From Camelus dromedarius (Eukaryota), in NCBI RefSeq assembly GCF_036321535.1, contig NC_087436.1, positions 15,562,001 to 15,626,000 of the forward strand: a stretch of 64,000 bases of DNA, given 5' to 3'. Both the position numbers and the translations under genes were made by a program. This document shows positions 1-12,072 of this stretch, in pieces. The number at the start of each line of letters is the position of its first letter. The first letter of the stretch is position 1. The notes under the pieces are model-generated. The model saw nothing but the letters and a program-made list of their open reading frames with translations. It made no database searches and was not told the DNA's origin.

Positions 1-112
1 CATGAACAAGGTCCTGGGTTCAATCCCCAGTACCTCCAATAAGAATAAATAAATTAATAAAAACCTAATTACTCCCCCACAAAAATCAAAAATAAAAAAC
101 TTAAGGAAAAAA
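1..112 (+). mobile_element. 3' part of tRNA-derived SINE (Vic-1-like), cut by the window start
   Basis: B box GGTTCAATCC, then cccagtacctcc, A-rich stretch, aacctaattactcccc and A tail; same layout as the copies at 5720, 29904 and 59776. Confidence 0.85.
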
Positions 113-361
113 GAAATCAGATTGACTTCTGGCCTAAGCACATGAAAAATAGATGCTACAATCTTAATGGTATTTTTAATCCTACCCAAAAGAAAAATCC
201 CTAAAGAAGGACCTTTAAACCTTTTCTGTGGTTTTAACTTTTCTTGAGTGTCACATTCTAAGTGGCATGAAAACTTTAGTGAGTTTTATCCTAAAATATT
301 CAGGGCGACACTAGGCATGCAACCTATCAGGCCTGAGAGCACTGCTTCTGCCTTTAAAGGG

Positions 362-676
362 GGAACTACTGGTATTTGGGGTGGAATAATTTTTCACTAT
401 GTGGAACTCTCCTGCACATTGCAAGAAGTTTAACATACCTGCTCCCTACCAGGAAGTGTTGCCAGGAGTGTTCCCAGGTGTGTGACAACCAAAAATGCCC
501 CTGCACATTCCTGAACATCCCCTAATGCCTTGATACTCAAAAAATGTTAGAGAGATTGTTAGAGATGCAAAAAAAAAAAAAAAGTAAGGCACACCCCCAA
601 ACCCAGGGAATCTGAAACTGCATTTGAACAAGATCTCCAGTGCTTGGTCATCACACAGAAGTGTGAGAAGCAGTGT
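362..676. mobile_element. degraded hAT-Charlie MITE fragments (MER20-like then MER5-like)
   Basis: gtgtgacaaccaaaaatg (MER20-like); aacaagatctccag...tgagaagcagtg (MER5-like terminus). Recall-based. Confidence 0.55.
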
Positions 677-913
677 AGGACCACCTGCTGAGAACCATTT
701 CCCTGGAGAAACTCTATAAATCAGAAGGCATGTACTGAAAGGTTCAGACTAGAGATGCTAACAATTTGCAAAGCAGTTCTACTTCTGACTGAAAATCAGT
801 AAATTAGAGCATTTCTGAAAAATGGAGTTCACATCCAGTAAGATGCAGGGTCAAATGGTAGATGAGCAAAGTTCCAACAAAATTGTTTGCACCCCTCAAA
901 GCATCCTTGCCTG

Positions 914-2994
914 AGAGAAAGAAATAAAAGGGATCCAAATTGGAAAAGAAGAGGTAAAAGTGTCATTATATGCTGATGACATGTTACTATATATAGAAAA
1001 CCCTAAAAGGTCCACACAAAAGCTACTAGAGCTGATTGAAGAATTCAGCAAGGTAGCAGTTTACAAAATTAACGTTCAAAAATCAGTTGCATTTCTTTAC
1101 ACTAACGATAAATCAACAGAAAAAGAAAGTAAAGAAACAATCCCCTTTAAAATAGCACCCAAAGTAATAAAATATCTGGGAATAAATCTAACCAAGGAGG
1201 TGAAAGAATTATACACAGAAAACTATAAACCATTGATGAAGGAAATTAAAGAAGACTTTAAAAAATGGAAAGATATTCCATGCTCTTGGATTGGAAGAAT
1301 CAATATTGTTAAAATGGTCACACTGCCCAAGGCAATCTACAGATTTAATGCAATACCTATCCAATTACCCAGGACATATTTCACAGAACTAGAACAAATC
1401 ATAATAAAATTTATATGGAACCATCAAAGACCTAGAATTGCCAAAGCATTACTGAAGAGAAAGAAAGAGGCTGGAGGAATAACTCTCCCAGACTTCAGAC
1501 AACACTATAGAGCTACAGTCATCAAGACAGCATGGTATTGGTACCAAAACAGACATATAGACCAATGGAACAGAATAGAGAGCCCAGAAATGAACCCACA
1601 AACTTTTGGTCAACTCATCTTTGACAAAGGAGGCAAGAATATACAATGGAATAAAGACAGTCTCTTCAGCAAATGGTGTTGGGAAAACTGGACAGCAGCA
1701 TGTAAAACAATGAAGCTAGAACACTCCCTTACACCATATACAAAAATCAACTCAAAATGGATTAAAGACTTAAACATAAGACAAGATACAATAAACCTCC
1801 TAGAGGAAAACATAGGCAAAACATTATCTGACATACATCTCAAAAATTTTCTCCTAGAAGAAATAAAAGCAAGAATAAACAAATGGGACCTAATGAAACT
1901 TACAAGCTTCTGCACAGCAAAGGAAACCAGAAGTAAAACAAGAAGAAAACCTACGGAATGGGAGAAAATTTTTGCAAGTGAAACCGACAAAGGCTTGATC
2001 TCCAGAATATATAAGCAGCTCATATGACTCAATAAGAAAAAAATAAACAACCCAATCCAAAAATGGGCAGAAGACCTAAACAAGCAATTCTCCAAGGAAG
2101 ACATACAAATGATCAAAAAGCACATGAAAAAATGCTCAGTATCACTAATTATCAGCGAAATGCAAATCAAAACTACAATGAGGTACCACCTCACACCAGT
2201 CAGAATGGCCGTCATTCAAAAATCCACAAATGACAAATGCTGGAGAGGCTGTGGATAAAGGGGAACCCTCCTACACTGCTGGTGGGAATGCAGTTTGGTG
2301 CAGCCACTGTGGAAAACAGTGTGGAGATTCCTCAAAAGACTAGGAATAGACTTACCATATGACCCAGGAATCCCACTCCTGGGCATATATCCAGAAGGAA
2401 ATCTACTTCAGGATGACACCTGCACCCCAATATTCATAGCAGCACTATTTACAATAGCCAAAACATGGAAACAGCCTAAATGTCCATCAACAGGTGACTG
2501 GATAAAGAAGAGGTGGTATATTTATACAATGGAATACTACTCAGCCATAAAATCCGACAACATAATGCCATTTGCAGCAACATGGATGTTCCTGGAGAAT
2601 GTCATTCTATGTGAAGTAAGCCAGAAAGAGAAAGAAAAATACCATATGAGATCGCTTATATGTGGAATCTAAAAAACAAAAACAAAAACAAACAAACAAA
2701 AACAAAGCATAAATACAGGACAGAAATAGACTCACAGACAGAGAATACAGACTTGTGGTTACCGGGGGATGGAGGGTGGGAAGGGATAGCCTGGGATTTC
2801 AAAATTGTAGAATAGATAAATAAGATTACACTGTATAGCACAGGGAAATATACACAAAATGTTATGATAACTCACAGAGAAAAAAATGTGACAATGAGTG
2901 TGTATATGTCCATGAATGACTGAAAAATTGTGCTGAACACTGGAATTTGACACATTGTAAAATGATTATAAATCAATAAAAAATGTTAAAAAAA
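914..2994 (+). mobile_element. young 5'-truncated LINE-1 (ORF2 from RT YADD motif to C-terminus, 3' UTR, polyA)
   Basis: ORF 960-2027 ([10 protein letters not shown]...[18 protein letters not shown]) and 2295-2672 are in the same frame, separated by stops at 2025-2027 and 2256-2258; AATAAA plus A tail; perfect 16-bp TSD aaagcatccttgcctg at 898-913 and 2995-3010. Confidence 0.97.
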
Positions 2995-3314
2995 AAAGCA
3001 TCCTTGCCTGTAGGCAGATATTTAGATATATGTCAATTTATATTGCTTTTTAAATTTATATATTTAAATATCTATATCTATATATTACTAACTAGGAATC
3101 TGTGAAAGAGTTACTGAAGTGTCAGCCTTTTTGGCAAACATACGGAGTGTGAAACAGCCACAGACCTCAGCTGCTCACCTCTGATCTTGAATGACTTGGT
3201 TTATGCACCCTAGTATGCCAGTGATCATTTCCATGTGTGCCTTGATGAAAAAAAAATACCAGGAGTTACTGTTATCAGCAACAGGAAGTCACTGAAAGTC
3301 TGTTTGTTTCATTC

Positions 3315-3637
3315 TAAATTGTGGTAAAATACACATGACGTGAAAATGTCCATCCTAACCACTTTCACGTGACAGTTCAGTAGAGTGAGGTATATTCACC
3401 TTGTTACGCAGTGGGTCACCAAATCTCTTTTCATCTTGCAAAATTAAACCCTATATTAGTTAAACTACACTCCCCTACTCCCCACCTCCCTGGCAACTTC
3501 CATTCTACTTTGAATTTGATGTCTCTAGGAACCACATATAAGCGGGATCATACAGTATCAATCCTTCTGAGTCTGGCTTATCTCACGTAGGATAATGTCT
3601 TCCAGATTCATCATGCCATAGCATGTGACAGAGCTAC
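3315..3637 (-). mobile_element. old L1M (L1MA/MB-like) 3' UTR fragment
   Basis: ttgtggtaaaatacacat...gacagttcagtag...ggatcatacagtat...ctggcttatctcac, a typical antisense L1M 3' end. Confidence 0.7.
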
Positions 3638-3652
3638 CATGACTGATTTTTT

Positions 3653-4413
3653 TTAAAAAATTTTTATTGAGTTATAGTCATTTTACAATGTTGTGTCAAA
3701 TTCCAGTGTAGAGCACAATTTTTCAGTTATACATGAACATACATATATTCATTGTCACATTTTTTTTCGCTGTGAGCTACCATAAGATCTTGTATATATT
3801 TCCCTGTGCTATATACTGTATAATCTTGTTTATCTATTCTACATATGCCTATGAGTGTCTACAAATTTTGAACTCCCAGTCTATCCCTTCCCACCATCCC
3901 CCCTTGGCAACCACAAGTTTGTATTCTATGTGTATGAGTCTGTTTCTGTTTTGTATTTATGTTCTTTTTTTTTTAAGATTCCATATATGAGAAATCTCAT
4001 ATGGTATTTTTCTTTCTCTTTCTGGCTTACTACACTTAGAATGACATTCTCCAGGAACATCCATGTTGCTGCAAATGGCATTATGTTGTCAGTTTTTATG
4101 GCTGAATAGTATTCCATTGTATAAATATACCACATCTGCTTTATCCAGTCTTCTGTTAATGGACATTTAGGCTGTCTCCATGTCTTGGCTATTGTAAATA
4201 GTGCTGCTATGAACATTAGGGTGCAGGTGTCATCCTGAAGTAGATTTCCTTCTGGATATATGCCCAGGAGTGGGATTCCTGGGTCATATGGTAAGTCTAT
4301 TCCTAGTCTTTTGAGGAATCTCTATACTGTTTTCCACAGTGGCTGCACCAAACTGCATTCCCACCAGCAGTGTAGGAGGATTCCCCTTTTCTCCACAGCC
4401 TCTCCAGCATTTG
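3653..4413 (-). mobile_element. young 5'-truncated LINE-1 (end of ORF2 and 3' UTR)
   Basis: Minus ORF 3926-4216 (FIAALFTIAKTWRQPKCP...); perfect 15-bp TSD catgactgatttttt at 3638-3652 and 4414-4428. Confidence 0.95.
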
Positions 4414-5719
4414 CATGACTGATTTTTTAAAAGGAAAAGATTAAAGTTTCCCTCCTAAAAAATAATTCACAGTGGCCAGCATCCTCACAGTTGCGGCAGG
4501 ACATGTTTGGAAGAAGCAGAAGATTAGGATAAACTCCATGCCCAATGTGGTGCATTTCCCATGGAGGAAATATATCATATTTGTTCTCATTGGACCCAGA
4601 AGTCTCCAAATTGATACAATAGTCAGTAATTTTTTTTTTCTTACAAGAAATTTCAGTCTTGCAGTTCTATTCAAATCAAGTTGACATTTCCTGATCGTTT
4701 TAATGTTAAGAGTCTGTAAGTGCTTAACCAGAAAGCTGTCAGGTGTCCAATTAATGCGGCTCACTGGTTTCTGTATTTGATAGGATGTGGTAACCATATG
4801 AATCAAAATAGGATGAATCAAAATACAGAAGAGGGTTTGATTCAGAATCTTAGTTCCTTTACTATATTTGATTGATTTGGTTTATGACAACTTGCAAACT
4901 TATCCTTTTAAAATACACATTGTATTAAATTTCACCCATCAAAGGGCTAGTTTTATTTCCTCTTTCATCATGAAGAAAAGAGAATTTTTCTCAAGTAAGG
5001 ATTCACAGTTAATTCATTTATCTCTAAAGCCTGCAGACAGTTACCTGAGAATACTAATGAGGTGATCTTGAAAGAGTTGGTTGTTAATTTTTTTTTTTTT
5101 TTTTTTTTTTTTGGCTGATTGGCTGGTTGGTTGTTATTATTCTGCCGAACAGTGGCGGAATGAGCGAATGCATTTCTCTGCAAAGGGAAATTCTTCCCAC
5201 TGGCTTAACCTTTATCTTCAGACTTTCATATGTTTATGAAAGCCTTCCTCCCATTCATTAGATACATTTAAAATATTTACCATGGGTGAAAAAAGTTTTA
5301 AGAAAGAGATTGCTAAACTATTCACTAAGCTATTACAAGTTATATATTAAAAAAAAAAAAAACAAAAAACTGAATAGAGTTCCAAGCTCCAAAAGCACTT
5401 ACTGAGATTCCTGCCATCATTTTTGGAAACTTATAATTATTTTATCACTTATAAAGTAATTGAACTTGATAGATTTCAGTGTTCACTAGAGGGTAGTCAA
5501 TTGAAGCTGTGATAAGAGACAGAGTTTTACGTTTGCAGCTCTGAATGGGTATTTTAATTTTTGTCCTTAATGTTCATTAATTACTATAATTTTTGCTAAC
5601 TTTCCTTTCACTTAAACATTTCCTAAAGTTCTAGAACTTGTAAAGGCAAGATATTAAGAGAAAGCCTTCTCCAAAATAAACTTTTAAAATAGTCCTGTCC
5701 AGGATTCTCATGTTCTTTA

Positions 5720-5863
5720 AATTTGGGGTGATGGTTTGGGGATGGGGAGGAGATAATTAGATTTGTTTGTTTGTTTGTTTTTACTTTTAACAGAGATACT
5801 GGGGATTGAACCCAGGACCTCCTGCATACTAAGCTCATTCTGCCACTAAGCTATACCCTCCCC
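5720..5863 (-). mobile_element. Vic-1-like tRNA-derived SINE
   Basis: Reverse complement gggggagggtatagcttagtggcagaatgagcttagtatgcaggaggtcctgggttcaatccccag has A and B boxes; (AAAC)n middle. Confidence 0.85.
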
Positions 5864-6260
5864 CAAGGATCTTCATATGTAATGACTCATGGTTAAACTA
5901 GAAATACTTATTAAGTGTAAGTGGTTAAGTTACCAAAATTAAGCATCTCATAATACTGTTTACTCAGTTGTTCCTAAATCTTATGTGAAAGCAGAACAAT
6001 GTAAGCCTAAAATATATATAAAGTTTTGTATAGCATGGAACATATAACAATAATAATACATCATAACTCTATAGAGCTTTACAGTTTTTAGCACTTTCAC
6101 AGATTAAGTAATAAAGACTTACAGGGGATTCTCAGAGGTTTTTTTTAAACAGTTCTTGAGGAATTCATTGCTGTTCAAAGGTACGTAGCCTCTGCCAAAT
6201 GTAAATTAAGAAATTTTGGACTATGAAAAAACTTTGCTACAAAGATATAAAAACATGTAA

Positions 6261-8510
6261 GGGGCTTCTGTTTCCACACAAGATGGAGTAACAGGGACTC
6301 GATTTATTCTCCCACCTGAAATCCCCCAAAAGAAAGAAAAAGATAAAATTTAAGAAGAGTTCTCAAGGCAACGAGCAGCAGACAATGAAGAAAAATGACC
6401 CCTGGAAGATAGGAAACAAGGAAGGGGAGGCCCACGCTTGCCGCAGCTTACTGCTCTGGGAGGGGGTCGGGGCTGCTGTGCAGGGACAGAGCCCTCGGCT
6501 CAGCCCAGCGGACTCCCGGAGTTGAGATGGAGCTGACCGTCCAAGAAACCAAAACGCTTAGCAGTCACAGGCCAGGGTACCAGAGAAGAAAGAGCTGCAC
6601 AGAGAGAGAACCCTGCAGGTGTACAGCGGCCCCCTGAGTTTTCAGCAGAGTATTGATTAGTGCATGCATGTGAGGAAACTGCATGAGTGACAGGAAAAAC
6701 TTGAAAGGTACAAACTATCAAAGCTCACTCAAGAAGAACTAGGCAACTTAAAGAACCCTATACATCTATTTCCAAAATTGAATATGTAGTTAAGAACCTT
6801 CCCCCACAAAAAAACTCCAGGCTTAGAGAGCTTTCCTGGTGAACACTACCAACGTTTAAGGAAGAAATAATACCAACTGTAAACAGATTTCCGGAAAATT
6901 TAAATTTAATTTCTGATTAATTCCATGAGGCCAACATTCTCCTAACACCAGATTGGGACAAACACATTACAAGAAAACTGTAGATCAATATCACCCATTA
7001 ATATAGATACAAAAAAATTCTAAACAAAATTCAGTATTAATAATACATCATCATGACCAAGTGGGGTATACTACAGGAATGCAGAAGTAGCTTAACATCA
7101 GAAAATTAGTCAGTGTAATTCACCATATGAAACTGAAAAAGAAAAATCGTAAGATGATCTGAGCATGAGATGCATAAAGGCGTTTGACAAAAATCTAACA
7201 TCCATTTTTTCAGTAAAATAAGGAACTTCCTCAACATCATAAAAGGCATCCATGAAAAATCTAACTAACATCATACTTAACTGTGACAGATTGAATGTAT
7301 TACCCGCTAAGATCAGGAGCCAGGCATGGATCAACACTTCTTTTCAACAGTGAACTACAGGTTCTAGAGAGGAAGAAGTAAAACTGCTCTTACTGTCAGA
7401 CAATATGGTCATTATTTAGAAAATCCAATAGAATCTACAAAAAAGCCACTAGAACTAACAGGTGGGTTTAGCAAGGCTATAGGATACAAGATCAATATAC
7501 AAAAATCAATAGTATGAAAGTAATCTGTATAATTTTGTGTCTGTATAACTTCTAATCTGTATAATACTGTAATGGTGGATACATGTCATTATATATTTGT
7601 TAAAACCTACAGAATGTACAAAAAGTGAATCCTACGTAACATAAGCTATAAACTTTAGTTAATGATAATGTATCAATACTGGTTCATCAATTGTAACACA
7701 TGTACCACAATAATTCCCAATGTAAATAATATGGGAAACTGGGGAGTAGAGAGAGTAGGTGAGAACTCTCTGCACTTTCTGATCAATTTTCCTGTCAAAC
7801 TAACCCAGTTCTTTAAAAAAAACTATCAATTTTTAAAAACTAATATATAAACTTACAATTAATTAAATTATGTCCGTTCTTCCCAAATTTATTTCTAGAT
7901 TCAGTGCTATCCCAGTCAAAATGCCAGCAGATTTTTCCTTGGTAGAAATTGACAGGGGCTTCTAAAATTCATATGGAAATGCAAAAGACCTGAAAGAGCC
8001 AAAAGGACTTTGAAAAAGAAGAATAAAGTTGAGTGACTAAGCCGACCTGATATGAAGACCAATGATAATGCCATCGTAGTCAAAAATAGATGCTACTGAG
8101 GGAAGTGCAGATTGGAGCACCATTTCCATGTATCAATTAGCAAATGGCTGAAACGCTTTTGACTGAGCAGTTCAGTGCTAGCAATTTTTACTGAAAAGTG
8201 GTCAAACACATACAAACAAGAACAAAGATATTAAAATCATCCTTCTTCTTAGTGGCTAAAAACTAGAAAATAGAAGGACTGCAGAAATTTTCCAAACTAG
8301 GGGGAACTAAGGATGAAAGACAACTAAATGTAATGTAAATCTTGGATTGCTCTTTAATGAGAAAAAAGGACACTAGAGGGACAACTGGAAAACATGTGCG
8401 AAACGTCTGTAGATTAATTGTGTTATATCAATATTTTCCCTGGCTTCAGTATTGACATGGTTTTGTCAGATGTTAACTTTGGGGAGACTGGATAAAAGGT
8501 ATATGGGGAA
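6261..8510 (+). mobile_element. patchwork of old L1M fragments (5' region, ORF2 pieces, L1MC/ME-like 3' UTRs)
   Basis: Degenerate ORF2 motifs (catgaccaagtgggg, ggatacaagatcaatatacaaaaatcaat, ttctaaaattcatatggaaatgcaaaagacc) with many stops. Confidence 0.7.
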
Positions 8511-9436
8511 AAACTAGAAAATAAACAGATATTTAACAAAAGGAAACTGGTTAAGTAAATTATGATATACACTTATGTTAAAATAAGTATGCAGGCCAGG
8601 CATCAAAAATCATGTATTTAATGACGTGGGGGAAAGTTCAGGTTATATAGTTATGTGAATTTAGCAGGTAACAAAATGATAGGTTCCTCCTTTGTTTTAA
8701 AATATCTGTTTATATATCTGGAAGAATTTAAAGCAAAATATTTACAGTTCTAAGTGAAGAAGTTATCAGTTGTTTTTCACAAAAATTGTATATTGCTTTT
8801 GTAATTTTAAAAAGGTTTTAAAGTTTAGATTTTTTAAAGTTTTATCATTGAAAACATATATTTATCGAAACAGTCATTTTTAGCATGCAAAATTGATGGC
8901 TACCTCAAATTACATGTGACAAATTAAGATTCTGTTTCAAACTGGTGAAGGAAGATCTTTCTCTAAATGACTGGTAATTAAACCTTAAAATCTTTGTTTC
9001 TCCCTTCCTGTTCATTTAACTGTGTTTGTTTTCATTTTATGGACTGTACTTGCTATTGTTTTTTATATTTTAAAATAAAATCTGTACATGCTTTCTATAC
9101 ATGAAAAATACAGAAGAGTATTCAGAAGAAAATAAACAATTATCTGTAATCACTACTAGTATGTTCTCATGTCTTATTATTCTTTCAAGGACTTGCGAGT
9201 GGGCTTCTCAGTCCTTGGCCTGTATCAGTGGAAGACCCATTAATGTTAATAAGCAAACATGGAATCACTCCCGTGAGCCAACACAACCTCATGTAACCAT
9301 GATGAAATTATAAAATTCTCCTTTTGCATATGGTGGGATGGATATTTACTTATTTGTTTTGGAAGTTCCCTCATTAATTTTCTTCTAAGTATTAAAGTAT
9401 CCATATTCACCATTTTGTAAAATATAAAACACTATA

Positions 9437-9527
9437 GTGCTTGCTTCAGCAGCACACCTACTAAAATTGGAACGATGTAGAGAAGATTAGCAGGAATGAC
9501 ACACAAATTTGTGAAGTGCTCCATATT
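9437..9527 (+). pseudogene. U6 snRNA retro-pseudogene (5' part of U6/L1 chimera)
   Basis: gtgcttgcttcagcagcacacctactaaaattggaacgatgtagagaagattagca...tgacacacaaatttgtgaagtgctccatatt matches U6 end to end, with CpG decay and loss of the tggcccctgcgc segment; no upstream PSE/TATA recognised. Confidence 0.95.
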
Positions 9528-9528
9528 G

Positions 9529-9878
9529 AAAAAAAAAAAAAAAAAAGGACAAACGAACTTATTTACAAAACAGAAACAGGCTTACAGAAATAGAAAGTGA
9601 ACTTATGGTTACCAGGGGGGCATGGGGTGGGAAGGGATAAACTGGGAGTTTGAGATTTGCAGATACTACCTAATATGTATAAAATAGGTAAACAACAAGT
9701 TTATACTGTATAGCATACGGAACTATATTCAATATCTTGTAGTAACTTATGATGAAAAGGAATATGAAAACGAATATATGTATGTTCATGTATGACTGAA
9801 GCACTGTGCTGTACACCAGAAATTGACACAATATTGTAAACTGATTATTAAAAAAATACATATATACAAAAAAAATTA
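9529..9878 (+). mobile_element. L1 3' UTR fused to U6
   Basis: Similar to the 3' UTRs at 2670-2990 and 61950-62270; TSD aaaacactata at 9426-9436 and 9879-9889 encloses U6 and L1 together. Confidence 0.9.
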
Positions 9879-11381
9879 AAAACACTATAAAGAAGAAAAC
9901 AAAAAACAACAGTAATTCTACCGTCAAGGATTATCACTTGTAACTTCCAGGGGTTTATTCTATGTAAATATATGCAATATAAACACTTACGTAAAACCAT
10001 GTATTGTTAGGATTTTGCTTTTTTTCACTTAACATTTTCTTATTATCAGTTCTCCTATCTTTTAAAGGGCGTATTGTATTTCTTTGTATGATACATTACA
10101 AATCATTTAGTCAGTCCCTGATCACTGAACATTTTGGTTATTTCGAATTTTTTTACGAGGCAAGTCCACTGTCCTCTGGGATACGGGTGCAGATAAGCAA
10201 ATCCTGTAAGAACCATCAATTTACAATTTTGTACTCCACACACACTATGTATGAGTTTTGGTTTTGTTTTTGGCAAGGAAGGGCAATGGATGATGGCGGA
10301 AGGACGTGTAGAGGGTAGAAGTGGGGGTAATCCGCTCCATCTAGTTCAAGAAGAACCGCGTTTGCCACTTTAGGGAGGGGTTCCCTGGGACCCCGCCCCC
10401 AGACCATTCACCAGTCATCGCCGGTTCCCACTGTATGCTGAGCTGCACTGCACCCCTGTGGCCGAGCCGCGGCACTGCAGCACAAGAGCACCAAATTGCA
10501 GGGGTTTTAGGGATGCCGTTTGGTTTATTTGGGGAACTGATTTTAAAATCCAATTTAAAGCTGTAATTTTTTTTTTCAGCACACAAACAGAAAATGATAG
10601 ACTGTGTGGGACTGTGGTCTGTAATACACATTTCTTTAGAGCCCTAAGCGCTTGAATGAAAATAAACTTCCCCCTTATATCCCTGACTCTTTTTCTACAG
10701 CTTCAGTCGGGCCACTCCGCCCTTAGGCAGTATCTTTTAGCCCTATGAACCACTCGCTGCAAGTCTCCAAATGAGCTAGGCTTCCTTTTGCTCACGGGAC
10801 TTTATACAGGCTGAGTAAACCCCAGACTCCCTGTTCCCTGCCTAACTCCTAAATCCCCTTAAGATTTAGATTCCTTTCAATCCCCTAAGACAGGGGTGAT
10901 GGTTGACTGGTGCTGGGAGCTCCCCCAGTTGGAAAAAGTAATTCCTATAAATGCATCACTCTCTCCCCTTTTGGACTGGAGGGTCCCTGAGCACAAACGG
11001 GACTCCTCCTCATTTTGCTCACCACTTTTCTTGCCGTGGAGACAGTAAATCACGAACAGATAGTAGGAGTCTAGTCTGTTCAAAGGAGGAAAGCACACAA
11101 ACATGGATAGTATAGTATGTTTTCTCCATTCAGTTCCACTGTATTCAGTTCTGCCAGTATCGATGGGGCACCTACTCTGTCCAAGAGTGCTCACTGATAG
11201 CATGGGAGGTGGGAACGGAGGCGAGGAAAGCTATGAGATGAGGAACTGATACCTCCTGCTATTAACTCTGCAGTTTGTTATTCCTTTCAAACACTTACTG
11301 CGTGGACAAAGCTTGAGGTGTTGAGGTCCAGACATTGGTCCAGACTTGAGACGTTAGGCTCACACATGCATATTTTTAAGG

Positions 11382-11419
11382 CTTCTTTCTTTCTTTCTCT
11401 TTCTTTCTTTCCCTTTCTT

Positions 11420-11511
<92 letters not shown>

Positions 11512-11516
11512 TTCTT
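11382..11516. repeat. (TTTC)n microsatellite / 135-nt pure polypyrimidine tract
   Basis: Read directly from the sequence. Confidence 0.97.
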
Positions 11517-11689
11517 GTCACCCGGTGATTCTATGTGTAGCTAGCATTAAGAACTTTGACCGCAGACTATCTGTAAGAAACTCCTGAGTCCCAAGTTCTT
11601 AAACAGTGAGAAGTAACAGTGACAATATCAAGCAAGCCGGTGGAACACTATTTGAAGACAGGAGTAATTAGCTATCCATTCTTCTGCGA

Positions 11690-12072
11690 GGAACCCTTTG
11701 ATTTTCCTCTGAAGAAAAATCCCTTCTTTACAGGAACTACTGTTCACAGTTTATGAGAATTACTGCTCCAAGTCCTTGGGGTTGAGGTAGGGCTGATTCT
11801 CACCGTCACTTCCGATTCCCCCCCACCACACACACACACGTGCGCGCGGGCACGCACATGGTACCTGCACGCACAGCCCACCCACGTACTGATGCTACTT
11901 TCTTTTTCAACTTGAATTGCACGTGGATCCAGCCACGTCTGAACCTTTAGACTGAACTTCTACTCTTATTAAACTTTTCAACTACTGAGCCAATAAATCC
12001 CCTGCCACTTTTTTCCCTATATGAGTTTGAGGTGGGTTTTGTCATTGCAACCACAAAATTTCTAACGAACAG
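11690..12072 (+). mobile_element. old MLT1-type MaLR LTR
   Basis: gagccaataaatcccct...ttttgtcattgcaaccacaaaattctaac 3' end is typical of MLT1 LTRs. Confidence 0.55.

Noticed and set aside
1449..2215. Antisense ORFs over L1 (also 63200-63493 and 26965-27240)
   Set aside because: Usual shadow frames of L1 ORF2; not independent genes.
9437..9527. Functional U6 gene
   Set aside because: Mutated ACAGAGA box, deleted internal stem-loop, no recognisable upstream promoter, enclosed by a TSD.
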